Source: a virus | Reading direction: 5' to 3' (one strand) | Virus record (IMG/VR): IMGVR_UViG_3300028563_000014 | Coordinates: 23,463 to 87,462 of that record | DNA: 64,000 nucleotides | Shown here: positions 51,894 through 60,975 of the stretch, piece after piece | How positions within the stretch are numbered: the stretch's first letter is position 1 | How the letters are laid out: every line of letters begins with the position of its first letter | Program-made: the position numbers and the translations under genes | The notes under the pieces: generated by a model | Told to the model about the DNA's origin: nothing | The model's database searches: none | What the model saw: the letters and a program-made list of their open reading frames with translations, nothing else

Positions 51894-52181
51894 TTACGCC
51901 ACCGCCTCCGCGTCAACTGAATAGTCCTGGTAGGCGCCGGCGCAAAAGGCGTCCCAGAGCTCGACCTGGACCTGCTGAACAATCGAGTCTCGGTCGTCGG
52001 ACTCCGTCGCCGCGTCCCACTCGTACAACCACGCGCCGGTGCGTGGCCCCTCGGATACCTCGATCTCTGCGCCAGGGAATTGTTTCGCCAGCTCAGTCGC
52101 GACGAATTCCGGATAGTGCTCGGCCTCGGGAAACGCGACGTCTCCGTCGTAGGCGGTGGTCTCAACGCTGATCTTCTTCAT
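51894..52181 (-). CDS. Acidic hypothetical protein
   Basis: GAGAGG RBS; downstream of an AT-rich promoter. Confidence 0.55.
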   Translation of the reverse strand: MKKISVETTAYDGDVAFPEAEHYPEFVATELAKQFPGAEIEVSEGPRTGAWLYEWDAATESDDRDSIVQQVQVELWDAFCAGAYQDYSVDAEAVA

Positions 52182-52224
52182 GGTCCTCTCTACCTTTCCG
52201 GGGTCCGGGTCCAACCGGCCCAAC

Positions 52225-52268
52225 GGATCTATATCTACCGTAATTAAAACCTAAACGCAAACAAAATC
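52225..52268 (-). promoter_or_regulatory. AT-rich sigma70-like promoter region
   Basis: TTTTGTTTGCGTTTAGGTTTTAATTACGGTAGATATAGAT, the most AT-rich patch seen in the window. Confidence 0.55.
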
Positions 52269-52276
52269 GTCAGGGC

Positions 52277-52307
52277 GCCGGGGGGAGCCGTTTGTAGCTC
52301 CCCCGGC
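52277..52307 (-). terminator. GC-rich hairpin, probable terminator
   Basis: GCCGGGGGAGC-loop-GCTCCCCCCGGC downstream of ORF 52328-52771, followed by a T-rich stretch. Confidence 0.55.
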
Positions 52308-52327
52308 TGACCCGCCCAGGCCGCGCC

Positions 52328-52771
52328 CTACTCCTTCACCTTCTTCGGGCGCCCGCGCTTTTTCGGGGCCGGCTCCTCGTCCTCGCCGCCGCCATCGCCC
52401 GAGGCGCCGTCGAACATCTCGTCCTGCGTCTCCTCGATCGACATCGTCCGCTCGGTGCCCGGAACCATCTCGCCCGTGTCCGCGCGCTCGATGTGCACCT
52501 TCTTCCGACGGAAGTCCTTCACCGTCACGCAGTCGACCTTGCGCTCCTCCGTCTCCGCGTCCAGCTCATCGAGCAGGACGTCGAGCTCGGCCACCACCAG
52601 GGACAGCTTCTCTTTGTGGCCGCGCGTGGCCTCCTTCATGTCGGCCTTGATCTTCTCGCGGTCCTTTTTTAGCTTCCCCGCTTTCTTGGACTTCTTGCGG
52701 ATCTCCGCTTCGGTGAGCGGGACCGGACAGGGGTGCTTGAAGGGCTTGGACATGGTGATGTCGTCGGGCAT
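52328..52771 (-). CDS. Hypothetical coiled-coil phage protein
   Basis: Charged helical protein; GAGGAG RBS. Confidence 0.6.
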   Translation of the reverse strand: MPDDITMSKPFKHPCPVPLTEAEIRKKSKKAGKLKKDREKIKADMKEATRGHKEKLSLVVAELDVLLDELDAETEERKVDCVTVKDFRRKKVHIERADTGEMVPGTERTMSIEETQDEMFDGASGDGGGEDEEPAPKKRGRPKKVKE

Positions 52772-52878
52772 GGGACCGTCTCCTCTCGTTCTGGGTTCTC
52801 TAGCCAGCGGATGATCTCCCCGACCTCGCCGGCGCGCAATTGCAATTCAGGACAGCGCTCTGTGTAAAACGGAGCGGC

Positions 52879-53262
52879 TCACGACCGTGTCCGGCGGTGC
52901 TCTTCCTCGACCGCACGCTGGACGTTGTCCGCCACGCGCTGGACCCAGAACTCGCCTACCGCCTTCCCCGCCTGGAACAGCCGGCCCCGGACGTCCTCCT
53001 CCGGGTGGCCCTCGCAGATCGCCGCCAGCGCCCCCTGCACCATCACCGCGATCACCGCGTTGACGTCCATGGTGTTCTTGCCGACCTTGAAGTGCCCCTC
53101 GACCTCCTTGGTCAGCGACGACGCCTGCTCGAGCACGGAGGAGACGACGCCGAGCATGACGTCCTCCCGGTCCAGTTCCGGCACCAGCTCTTTCACCCGG
53201 GCGCCCAGGGCCATCGCCCGAGCCGCCTGCCGCTCGTTCACTTCCTTCGAATCTTCTTCCAT
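52879..53262 (-). CDS. Hypothetical helical protein
   Basis: Directly after the TerL ATPase gene; no nuclease motifs. Confidence 0.55.
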   Translation of the reverse strand: MEEDSKEVNERQAARAMALGARVKELVPELDREDVMLGVVSSVLEQASSLTKEVEGHFKVGKNTMDVNAVIAVMVQGALAAICEGHPEEDVRGRLFQAGKAVGEFWVQRVADNVQRAVEEEHRRTRS

Positions 53263-53269
53263 GCCCAGA

Positions 53270-54097
53270 TCATTGTCCGTCCACCAGCATGTCAGCCATC
53301 ATCGCCGCGACCTCGCCCCGGTAGTCGCTGCCGGCGTTGTAGACCTCCTGCTCGTAGCCGGTCAGGTCCTCCTTCACTCGCTGCTCCAGCCAGACGAAGT
53401 CCCCCCGGGAGCGCATGGTGTAGCTGGCGTCGTCCAGGTCCCACGGGGTGGCGATCCAGAGCACCTTCCCCCGGGGCTCGAGACGGCTCATCCAGAGCGT
53501 CTCTACCTGGTGCTTGACCCGCTTCCGTTTCTCGTAGGTGGTGCAGTTCTCGATGTCGACGACGTCGTCGAACAAGATCGTCGTCGCGCGGCCGCCCGTC
53601 CCCTTCGAGTAGACGCCACGGGACTCCAGCGTCGGGTCGATGCCGTGGCCAACGCGCTCGGCGTAGAGCATGTGGTCGTTCCACTTCTCGCCGCGCTCGA
53701 CCCCCGGGAAGACAGCGCCGTAGGCCGGGCTCTCGATGATCTTCCGGCAGGACTGGAGCCGCTGGCTGGCGTGGCCGTCGCCGCTGCAGACGATCTTCAC
53801 CCGTTCCTGCGGATCCCGACCGACCAAGTACGTGATCAGTGGCACGCCGAAGCCCGACGATTTTCCAGACCCGAAATGGCTGAAGATCCCGGCGTGGAGC
53901 CCGCGCGACCAGGCGTAGCTCACGTGGGCGATCCAGGCCAGGTGCAGGTGGCTGTACTCGATCGGCTTGCCCTCGGCCGCGTCCCGGACGACCGTCGGCC
54001 CGAACCGGTGGAACCGCTCGCGCGCCGCCTTCAGCACGAGCTGCCGCCGGGCCTCGATCATCCGACCCCAGTCGGGGCCGACCGCCGGGGCGCTCAC
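53270..54097 (-). CDS. Terminase large subunit, N-terminal ATPase domain (stand-alone gene)
   Basis: Walker A 'SHFGSGKS', 'GTGGRA', Walker B 'TILFDDVVD', 'SRLEP', coupling motif 'IATPWDLDD'. Stops at 275 aa. Confidence 0.85.
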   Translation of the reverse strand: MSAPAVGPDWGRMIEARRQLVLKAARERFHRFGPTVVRDAAEGKPIEYSHLHLAWIAHVSYAWSRGLHAGIFSHFGSGKSSGFGVPLITYLVGRDPQERVKIVCSGDGHASQRLQSCRKIIESPAYGAVFPGVERGEKWNDHMLYAERVGHGIDPTLESRGVYSKGTGGRATTILFDDVVDIENCTTYEKRKRVKHQVETLWMSRLEPRGKVLWIATPWDLDDASYTMRSRGDFVWLEQRVKEDLTGYEQEVYNAGSDYRGEVAAMMADMLVDGQ

Positions 54098-54162
54098 GAG
54101 CTTGGTATCCTGCTTCGCATCCGACCGACGATCGTAACCGACCAGACGCCCAGGAGGATCAC

Positions 54163-54627
54163 ATGCCGTTGACCAGCGCCCACTTCACCCTGGCCGAATT
54201 TGCCTGCCACTCCGGCGACCCGTACCCGCCCGAGTGGGTCGACGCCCGGCTCCAGACCCTGTGCCGCGTCCTTGACGCCCTCCGCGACGCCTGGGGCGGC
54301 CCGCTGACCGTCGTGTCCGGTTACCGCTCTCCCGCCTTCAACGCGGCCCTGTACGCCGCCAGCGCGGCCAGGAACGGCGGGGTGAGCGGGGTCGCGCAGA
54401 ACAGCCAGCACATCGAGGGTCGCGCCGCCGACGTCCGCCCGGCCGACCCGACGCCCGAGCGCTGCGCCCAGCTCCATGCCCTGGCGCGCCGGCTGTTCGA
54501 CCAGGGCGCGATCCCGGACCTGGGCGGCCTGGGCGTCTACCCTGGATGGGTCCACCTGGACGTGCGCCCGAAGGTCAACGGCCGCCTGGCTACCTGGACC
54601 GGCGCCGGAGCCGGCTCCGCGCCCTAG
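54163..54627 (+). CDS. Peptidase M15 family Zn D-Ala-D-Ala peptidase (probable endolysin)
   Basis: 'HFTLAEFAC', 'SGYRS', 'SQHIEGRAAD', 'GLGVYPGWVHLDVR'; AGGAGG RBS. Confidence 0.9.
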   Translation: MPLTSAHFTLAEFACHSGDPYPPEWVDARLQTLCRVLDALRDAWGGPLTVVSGYRSPAFNAALYAASAARNGGVSGVAQNSQHIEGRAADVRPADPTPERCAQLHALARRLFDQGAIPDLGGLGVYPGWVHLDVRPKVNGRLATWTGAGAGSAP

Positions 54628-54859
54628 ATCCAGCCCTCTAGCAGCGCCTCGACCACGCCCAGGGCGAGGCGAAAGCGGCAGGTATCGCAGGGCGGGTCCC
54701 CGAATCCGATCGCGCGCTGAAGGTTGCAGCTGCATTCCCTCCCAGCGTCCTGACGCTTCAGCTCCTCCAAGGCGATGTTCACGGCTCGCTGGCGGTTCTC
54801 AGCAGCGACGAATCGCCTCTGGGCGCGGATCATCCGACGGGTCGCCGGAAACGTCGCTC

Positions 54860-55159
54860 TCACAGCTTGTACCCGTCGGGCTTCTTCGGCAGGGCCCCGA
54901 GCGGGTCGGCCACCGCCGGCCGAACCCCCACCGCGGCCGGGGCCTCGGGCGCCACCTCCTCGTCCGGGCAGGTCTGGCAGATCCGAACCACTGCCGAGGC
55001 TCGCACCGATGCCTCGAACGTCGGGACCGAGACCCCTTCCCCAGAACAGATCACAGTCGCGACGTGCCCGCACACCAGGTCGATGTCCATCTGCAGGAAC
55101 GGCGCCGTCGCCCCCCCCAGCATCCTCACGGACACGCCTTTAACCGCGCGCATCCGCAT
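54860..55159 (-). CDS. Hypothetical Cys-containing protein
   Basis: ORF track; operon packing. Confidence 0.4.
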   Translation of the reverse strand: MRMRAVKGVSVRMLGGATAPFLQMDIDLVCGHVATVICSGEGVSVPTFEASVRASAVVRICQTCPDEEVAPEAPAAVGVRPAVADPLGALPKKPDGYKL

Positions 55160-55227
55160 CAGCGTAGGGCCTCGACCTGATATTTAGCCGCACCAGCTCC
55201 CGCGTCCGTGGTTATATTTGCTTCGTT

Positions 55228-55410
55228 ATGGCTGCCAGTGCCGCACCGCTCTACCCGATCGAACGGGTCCTCACCGTGGAGGAAGCCGTCGCCGCGCGCC
55301 CGACGCAGCTGGTCCGCATCGGTGGCTACGTGTTCGCGCAGCTGGACCGCTGCTGGGTGCTGGTCGACCCGGCCTCCGACAACGGCCGCCGCGAAGTCGA
55401 CGACGCCTGA
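55228..55410 (+). CDS. Possible small + strand protein
   Basis: Natural-looking composition; TGGT-TATATT-TGCTTCG upstream resembles the TGG-TATCCT-GCTTCG upstream of the M15 gene. Confidence 0.4.
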   Translation: MAASAAPLYPIERVLTVEEAVAARPTQLVRIGGYVFAQLDRCWVLVDPASDNGRREVDDA

Positions 55411-55502
55411 CCGCCGGCTCTCCAGCTGCTCGACCGTGAGCGCGGACGCTACCAGGAACGCGCCCACCAGGGCCAGCAGCGCCACCGCGGCGGGTACCGG
55501 CT

Positions 55503-55787
55503 TCACGGCGCCTCCGTGGGCAGTGCGCGCACCGGGAACCGCTCGGCCAGCCACTCGTCGAACGCGGCATGGTCCTCGGTGGACAGGAACGTCGGGTCCT
55601 TCCCGGTGAGCGCCAGCCACTCGCGCCAGAGTGGCCCCGCCCAGGTGATGAACCCGGCCATCACCCCGCCGGGCCACCGCGCGCGGTCGCGCTCGAGCAC
55701 GACGCCCGGGGCATCGCCCTGGCAGTAGGCCAGGTAGCGCCAATTCCAGCCGGCCGCGTTCGCCTGCTCCGGAGTGACGCCGTTCAC
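55503..55787 (-). CDS. Hypothetical protein
   Basis: Trp-rich small phage protein; coupled. Confidence 0.5.
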   Translation of the reverse strand: MNGVTPEQANAAGWNWRYLAYCQGDAPGVVLERDRARWPGGVMAGFITWAGPLWREWLALTGKDPTFLSTEDHAAFDEWLAERFPVRALPTEAP

Positions 55788-56003
55788 TGGCGCCGCCCCG
55801 CCCGAACGACGACCGCCGGCAGCGGCCTCAGCCCCGGATCGCCCACCAGATCCTGCAGCTCCAACGCCTGATCGGCGAGGTTGTAGATCTGCGCCAGGTC
55901 ATCCGTCGCGCCCTGCCGCGTGTCTTCCCCGGCGAGCGCCGTGATCATCCGCAACGCGCGCCGCAAGTGCTCCGACTCCGGGCACGAGCACCGCTCGATC
56001 TTC

Positions 56004-56519
56004 TTACCCATTTCCGACCTCCTTGTGCTCCCCGCATCGCGCCCGCGCCCGCGCCGCCGAATCGCGCAGGTCAGCACCGTCCTCCACGTACGCCGCGTTC
56101 TTGCACCCCCCTACCGCGCACGGGAGCGCCTCCGACGTGGCACTGGCCACCAGGCCGATCGGCAGGACGAAGTCCCTCTCCGGGATCGGCGCCGAGACCA
56201 TGCCGCCGAGCGGGCTCCAGGCCAACTCCCCGAGGGCGTGCACGGCAACCCCCAGCAGGCTGAGACCGCTCCCGCAGGCCTCCCTCGTCTCCAGCTTCTT
56301 CGGACGAGCGCCTCGCTCGCCGATGGCCAGGCGAAGAAAGTGCCTCACCTCCTCCAGCTTGGGAACCAGCCCGCGCAGGTCATCGACCCACCCGGCCACC
56401 ACGTTCGCCGCCGGCCGCCCGCACCGCGGACACGGCATGTCGGCTGCCACCCGCAGTGGTACCTCGACGTCCGGGACCTGCCCCAGGGCGTCGCGCCACC
56501 TGTCAATCAGCTTTGCCAT
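56004..56519 (-). CDS. Hypothetical Cys-containing protein
   Basis: GAGGAGG RBS. Confidence 0.5.
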   Translation of the reverse strand: MAKLIDRWRDALGQVPDVEVPLRVAADMPCPRCGRPAANVVAGWVDDLRGLVPKLEEVRHFLRLAIGERGARPKKLETREACGSGLSLLGVAVHALGELAWSPLGGMVSAPIPERDFVLPIGLVASATSEALPCAVGGCKNAAYVEDGADLRDSAARARARCGEHKEVGNG

Positions 56520-56838
56520 CGGTTCCCTCCTCTTTCCCGATCTGCACCGTCGCCGGCCAGAATGCCTCGCCCGTCACCCCGTCCACCACCACCTCCGGGT
56601 GCGCCTTCAGAAAGCGCTTGGTGGCGCACTTGCACGGCCGGGCCTTCCCCTCCACCAGCCCGAGCGTCCCGCGCCCGCGGCACGGCTGGTGCCCGGATAG
56701 CGCGTAGCCGGAGATGTCCCCGACCGTCACCGGGCGCCCGCGCGGCACCCCGGGGTTGCGCGCCGCCAGCTCCTGGATGCGCTGGGCCACCGCCTCGCGC
56801 CGCTGCTGGCGCAGGTCCTTCCCGTGTCTCTGCGTCAT
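56503..56838 (-). CDS. Hypothetical protein with Zn-finger-like C.G.G...C.C motif
   Basis: Coupled start. Confidence 0.5.
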   Translation of the reverse strand: MTQRHGKDLRQQRREAVAQRIQELAARNPGVPRGRPVTVGDISGYALSGHQPCRGRGTLGLVEGKARPCKCATKRFLKAHPEVVVDGVTGEAFWPATVQIGKEEGTDGKAD

Positions 56839-57299
56839 CGCTCCTCGCTTCCCGGGCCGGCGGACCCCAGCAGCAGCGGCCCCCGGACCTTCCCGTTCTC
56901 GTACGCGGACGCCAGGCCCGCCACCACGCTCTCGTAGAGCGTCCGGTTATCAGGCATCACCACGTCGGCCAGGAACTCCTCCTCCATCGACCGAACCTGC
57001 CCGGCCACCGCCGCCAGCTTGGCCTTGATCAGCAGCCCCAGGCAGCGCCAGCGGCGCCGGTACTCCTTGGCCACCAGGTTGTCGAGGTTCGGAGTCTTCT
57101 TGCGCTGGGCCTTCGCCCAGGCGTGGTCCGGCCGAATGACCTTGAACCGGACCAGGCGCTCGCCGAGCCGGGCGCCGATGACGTCGCCGTCGTCCAGCTC
57201 GCCCACGTAGAACTGGCGCGCCCCGGCGCCCTTCAGCATCCGCTCGACCTCCTGCTTGGTCTGCGAGACCGGGACGTGCGTGTCCTCCGCGTACGACAT
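56835..57299 (-). CDS. Conserved phage hypothetical protein
   Basis: 'YAEDTHVPVSQT..EVERML...IKAKL..V......EEEFL' pattern recalled from phage proteins. Confidence 0.6.
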   Translation of the reverse strand: MSYAEDTHVPVSQTKQEVERMLKGAGARQFYVGELDDGDVIGARLGERLVRFKVIRPDHAWAKAQRKKTPNLDNLVAKEYRRRWRCLGLLIKAKLAAVAGQVRSMEEEFLADVVMPDNRTLYESVVAGLASAYENGKVRGPLLLGSAGPGSEER

Positions 57300-57889
57300 C
57301 AGCGGATCCCCAGCGCCGCCTTCATCGCCTCGGCGAACTTCGCCTTAAGGACGTCGTCGACCGCCGCCTGGAACTTGGCCTTGGCCTCGGTGACGATGCT
57401 TCCGAATGAGGTGCTCAAGTGCGCCTGGACGGTCTCCCGGGCCACGCGCTCGACGAACGTCGTCTCGGGCTTGTTGTAGCCCTCGCTGGTCTTCTTGGTC
57501 AGCAGGGCCTCGACCATTTTCCGTAGCGTCACCGGCTCGCCCTCTGGCCTCCCGTTGTACGTGTTGAACGACCGGAACCCCTCGCCCATGGCACGCTCGA
57601 CCTCTGCCCGCACCAGCTGCTCTAGGTGCTCCCCGCCGACCTTGGTAACGAGCTTCGCGACGGCCTCGCCCATGACCCGGTCGAACTTCCCCTCGATGCC
57701 GTCGCCGATGTTGCTGCGCCGGTAGAAGTACCCCTCGACGGCCCCCTCCAGGATGGACTGGATCGAGGCGACCGTCAGGCCGGTGATCGTCACCGGGGAA
57801 TTCAGCGCCTCCTGCCGTTCGTAATGCGCGCGCTCCTCCTCGGGGTCTGGCTCAGGCGGATCTGACGGGTCGAAAGCGGACATGGGCAT
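57299..57889 (-). CDS. Hypothetical helical protein
   Basis: AGGAG RBS; coupled. Confidence 0.6.
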   Translation of the reverse strand: MPMSAFDPSDPPEPDPEEERAHYERQEALNSPVTITGLTVASIQSILEGAVEGYFYRRSNIGDGIEGKFDRVMGEAVAKLVTKVGGEHLEQLVRAEVERAMGEGFRSFNTYNGRPEGEPVTLRKMVEALLTKKTSEGYNKPETTFVERVARETVQAHLSTSFGSIVTEAKAKFQAAVDDVLKAKFAEAMKAALGIR

Positions 57890-57940
57890 TCTCCTGGTTC
57901 AGGGTGACGTTTCTTCCTTGCACCAGGATCATTGTCCGTC

Positions 57941-58723
57941 TCACCCCTCGCCGAGCATCTCCACCGTGACCCCGGGGGGCAGCCGGCCCTCGTTCTTGGC
58001 CATGTACACCAGCTGCTCGTCGGACAGGTCCCACTTCTTCCCGGGGTCCCCGCCCTTCGGGGGCTTCGCCATCAGGGCCTCGATCTCGCCGGCGCCCGTC
58101 TTGGCCAGAGCCGACGCCACGTCCGCCAAGCTGGCCGTCACTTTGTGGATGGAGGGGGGCGCCTGAACGTCGACCATCAGGGTCCGGGGGATCCGCCGCG
58201 TCACCTTCCCCTTCGCGTCCAGGACCTCCTCGTAGTGCACCTGGCGCACCTGGACCGTCTGCGTCGCCACCGCGTCCTCCACGCTGCGCAGGAGCGATAG
58301 GACCGCCTTGGCGATGACGCTGCGCACGCCGAGCGAGATGTCCAGGTACTGGCGCTTCATGACCACCCAGGACGCCGCCGCCTGCTCGCGGTCCTTGTTC
58401 GCCGGGTTCCCGGTCGCCTCCCGGTGCATCCGGTCCCACATCTCCGCCCGCTCGCTCAGTGGGGGCCAGGGCGGCGACTTGTCAGGCCAGCCCCGCTTGA
58501 TGGCCTTCTGGGCCGTCTGGTGCGCGACGTTGCACTTCACCGCCACCTCGTTCGCCGTGCGCGCGCCCCGGAGGTAGACGTCCGCCATCTGCTCGTAGAG
58601 CTCGTGGCTGATCAGCCGGAGGCGATCGGGCGCCTTTCGCGGCTTCTTGCGGTTGTCAGGCGGGACCGACCGGAGGACCGGGGGCTGCTCGGCGGGAGGC
58701 TGCTGGTCGTCTTCGTTGCTCAC
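57941..58723 (-). CDS. Probable terminase small subunit (N-terminal HTH)
   Basis: 'VYLRGARTANEVAVKCNVAHQTAQKAIKRGW' HTH, then helix, beta-hairpin, helix; architecture only. Confidence 0.5.
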   Translation of the reverse strand: MSNEDDQQPPAEQPPVLRSVPPDNRKKPRKAPDRLRLISHELYEQMADVYLRGARTANEVAVKCNVAHQTAQKAIKRGWPDKSPPWPPLSERAEMWDRMHREATGNPANKDREQAAASWVVMKRQYLDISLGVRSVIAKAVLSLLRSVEDAVATQTVQVRQVHYEEVLDAKGKVTRRIPRTLMVDVQAPPSIHKVTASLADVASALAKTGAGEIEALMAKPPKGGDPGKKWDLSDEQLVYMAKNEGRLPPGVTVEMLGEG

Positions 58724-59207
58724 CCCTTGAGGGTAGCCGCGAGCGGCCTGCCCGCGCTACCGCTTCCGTCCCCGCCGCGCCGGCCGGTAGAACTCCGGGC
58801 ACGACGCCTCGATCAGCTTCGCCGCCACGGCCGGCGGCGTCCCCGGCTTCATGTTCCGCACTACCACTACCTCCGGCGTCCCCAGCGACGACGCGGTGAT
58901 CAGCTCATCGATGGTCTTGGCCGGCCGCTCGGCCGGGTAGAGCTCGCGGCGAAACGGCACGGCTACCCGCCCCCCTTCCCGCCGTCCGCCCCGGGCGCTG
59001 CTTTCATGGCGCGAACAATCTGCGCGGCATGCTCAGGTGATTCCGCCTCTCGTTCGATGGCGACGGCTGCATCTTCGAGCGCATCGTTTGCGACCACGTC
59101 GAACAGCACGGCGAGGCCAGCGACCCGTGGCTCGTTGCTGACGCCATCGTCCGGACGGCGAGCGAACCTCAGCGCCTCAGCGGCTAGCGCCTTGCGGTCG
59201 GTGCCCA

Positions 59208-59693
59208 TCACTTCACCGCCCCGGGCGCTGCCTTCACTGACCCAGGCGCCCACCAGCGGCGTTTTGGAAGCGGGTCAATAGCCGCCTTCCTGGGACGGTT
59301 CACGCGGGAATGCTCACCGCCAGACGTCAGTCCGCCGTCGGTCCATCCACTGGCCTTCAGGCTCGTCGCGTGCTCGTCCAGGTGCGTGTGCGTATCCATG
59401 GACGTAACCCCCATCGCGCGAGCTGCGCGCCACGCCGCGCCGTAGAGCATCGAGCAGGCGTTCGGGTAGCCTTCCTTGACCGCCACGCGCAGGACGCGCA
59501 GGTGGTCCATCTCGTCGGTCGTCTGTTCCTGCGATGGCCAGCCGACTAGGGCCACGCCGACGATGTCAGCGCCGCTCCGAACCGACACGCACCACATGGC
59601 GCCTTGGATTTTCGGCAACCGACGGTGAACCTGATGGACGAACTCCAGCGAGTCGGCGCGCTTCACGGTCCATGGGCGAAGGTGCAGCTTCAC
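59208..59693 (-). CDS. XF1762-family GNAT/Mom-like protein
   Basis: 'FV..VHR...VGVALVG.P...L.V.R....G..NACSMLYGAAWRAARAMG...T.T...E...SLKASGW'. Confidence 0.75.
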   Translation of the reverse strand: MKLHLRPWTVKRADSLEFVHQVHRRLPKIQGAMWCVSVRSGADIVGVALVGWPSQEQTTDEMDHLRVLRVAVKEGYPNACSMLYGAAWRAARAMGVTSMDTHTHLDEHATSLKASGWTDGGLTSGGEHSRVNRPRKAAIDPLPKRRWWAPGSVKAAPGAVK

Positions 59694-60607
59694 GGCTTCA
59701 CCGCCCCTGGCGCTGGTGCGCCGCTGCGCAACAGGTCCTGAAAGTCGGTCGAGTCCATGTCGCCTTCGGGCGGCACGTGGTTGACGTAGCGCCGGAACGC
59801 ATCGGCAGCCCGGTTGTTCGCGGCGTCGACGGCCGCCTTGATGGCGTCGGCCGCAGCCGCAACGGCACGGTCCCTCTCCGCGTGGTGGTACGCGATGGCC
59901 TCCCCGCGCTCAGACCGCTCATCTTCGAGTGCGCGCTTCGCCTCGTCTCGCTCCTTCCCGTTCGCCACGCACTGCTTGGCCCACGACTCGATGACCCTCT
60001 CGGCGGTGGCGAGCGCGGCGGCCTGCCGAACAATCTCGGCGCCCTGCTTGACAGAGTACCCGTGAGAAAAGGCCAGCTCGGCTTCCAGTGCGGCGACCGC
60101 TTCGCTCGCCTCGACGGGAGACAGGTCGGTCAGCATCGCCTGCGATAGCGGCACCTTCGCCGGCTCGCTCGCCTTCGCGGGTGCGGCTGGCGGAGGGGTC
60201 GGCTTCCCAGCGTGCCGGCACCACGGCTGATGAACGCCTCCGTCCCCGCAGTCGGGCGTCAGGTCCGGCGCGTCGTCACTGGGCTCGCTCGCCTTCGCCT
60301 CGCCCTGCTGTACCTCGGGGGCGGGGCGGGCATCCTCGGCCGTCTCGACGATGGACACCCAGCAATAATCGCCATCGCCGATGTGATACCGGCCATCGAC
60401 ATGTCCCATTGGCAGCCTGCACCGGGTGCCGTCGTTTGCCACGGCGGGGCACGTTGGCGCCTCCACCGGAACGGGGCCGGGCGGGACCTCCGGGAAGTGC
60501 TCGTGCCTCCACCCGTCCGTGGTCGCCACCGGCTGGTCAACGTATGACCTCTTGATGCGCTGACCGCAACGGGTGCAGATAGTGTTCTCCTTTTTCCATT
60601 CATCCAT
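59690..60607 (-). CDS. Hypothetical protein (Cys/His motifs plus coiled coil)
   Basis: Coupled to neighbours. Confidence 0.5.
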   Translation of the reverse strand: MDEWKKENTICTRCGQRIKRSYVDQPVATTDGWRHEHFPEVPPGPVPVEAPTCPAVANDGTRCRLPMGHVDGRYHIGDGDYCWVSIVETAEDARPAPEVQQGEAKASEPSDDAPDLTPDCGDGGVHQPWCRHAGKPTPPPAAPAKASEPAKVPLSQAMLTDLSPVEASEAVAALEAELAFSHGYSVKQGAEIVRQAAALATAERVIESWAKQCVANGKERDEAKRALEDERSERGEAIAYHHAERDRAVAAAADAIKAAVDAANNRAADAFRRYVNHVPPEGDMDSTDFQDLLRSGAPAPGAVKP

Positions 60608-60932
60608 ATTTCAGTGCCTCCTCGACTGACGCGCGCAGGACATCCACGCTTGCCTCCCTCTCCGCCGGTCCCCACACTTCCGGTCCGCCGGCACCCCTCC
60701 ACAAGATCGCGTAGATCGCAGAGAGCCCAGGCGGGACGTCCTCGAACGCCGACAGCGGCCCCGCGACGTCCTTCGACAGCGCCATCGCCGCCAGGCACGC
60801 CGCCCCGCTCTCCGTCACGTACCAATCAGGATCGGCGCAGAACGGCGTCCCGGCTGCCAGGTGGAACCGCAGGTTCGCCTTCGCCGCCTTGCCCAGCTCG
60901 CGCAGGCCGGCTACCAGGGTCGCGTCGAACAT
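60600..60932 (-). CDS. Hypothetical protein
   Basis: AGGAG RBS. Confidence 0.5.
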   Translation of the reverse strand: MFDATLVAGLRELGKAAKANLRFHLAAGTPFCADPDWYVTESGAACLAAMALSKDVAGPLSAFEDVPPGLSAIYAILWRGAGGPEVWGPAEREASVDVLRASVEEALKYG

Positions 60933-60975
60933 CAGCCGGCGCTCCTGTCCGGCTGCGGGTAGTCCTTCTTCGGCA

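Noticed and set aside
52879-53262. ORF right after TerL-N as a frameshifted continuation of terminase
   Set aside because: Helical protein with no RNase H acidic motifs; the nuclease motifs are in 38659-39447.
39448-53269. Intron, intein or single mobile element interrupting terL
   Set aside because: The interval holds ordinary co-oriented phage genes. No transposase, integrase, homing endonuclease, maturase, terminal repeats or split-intein motifs were seen.
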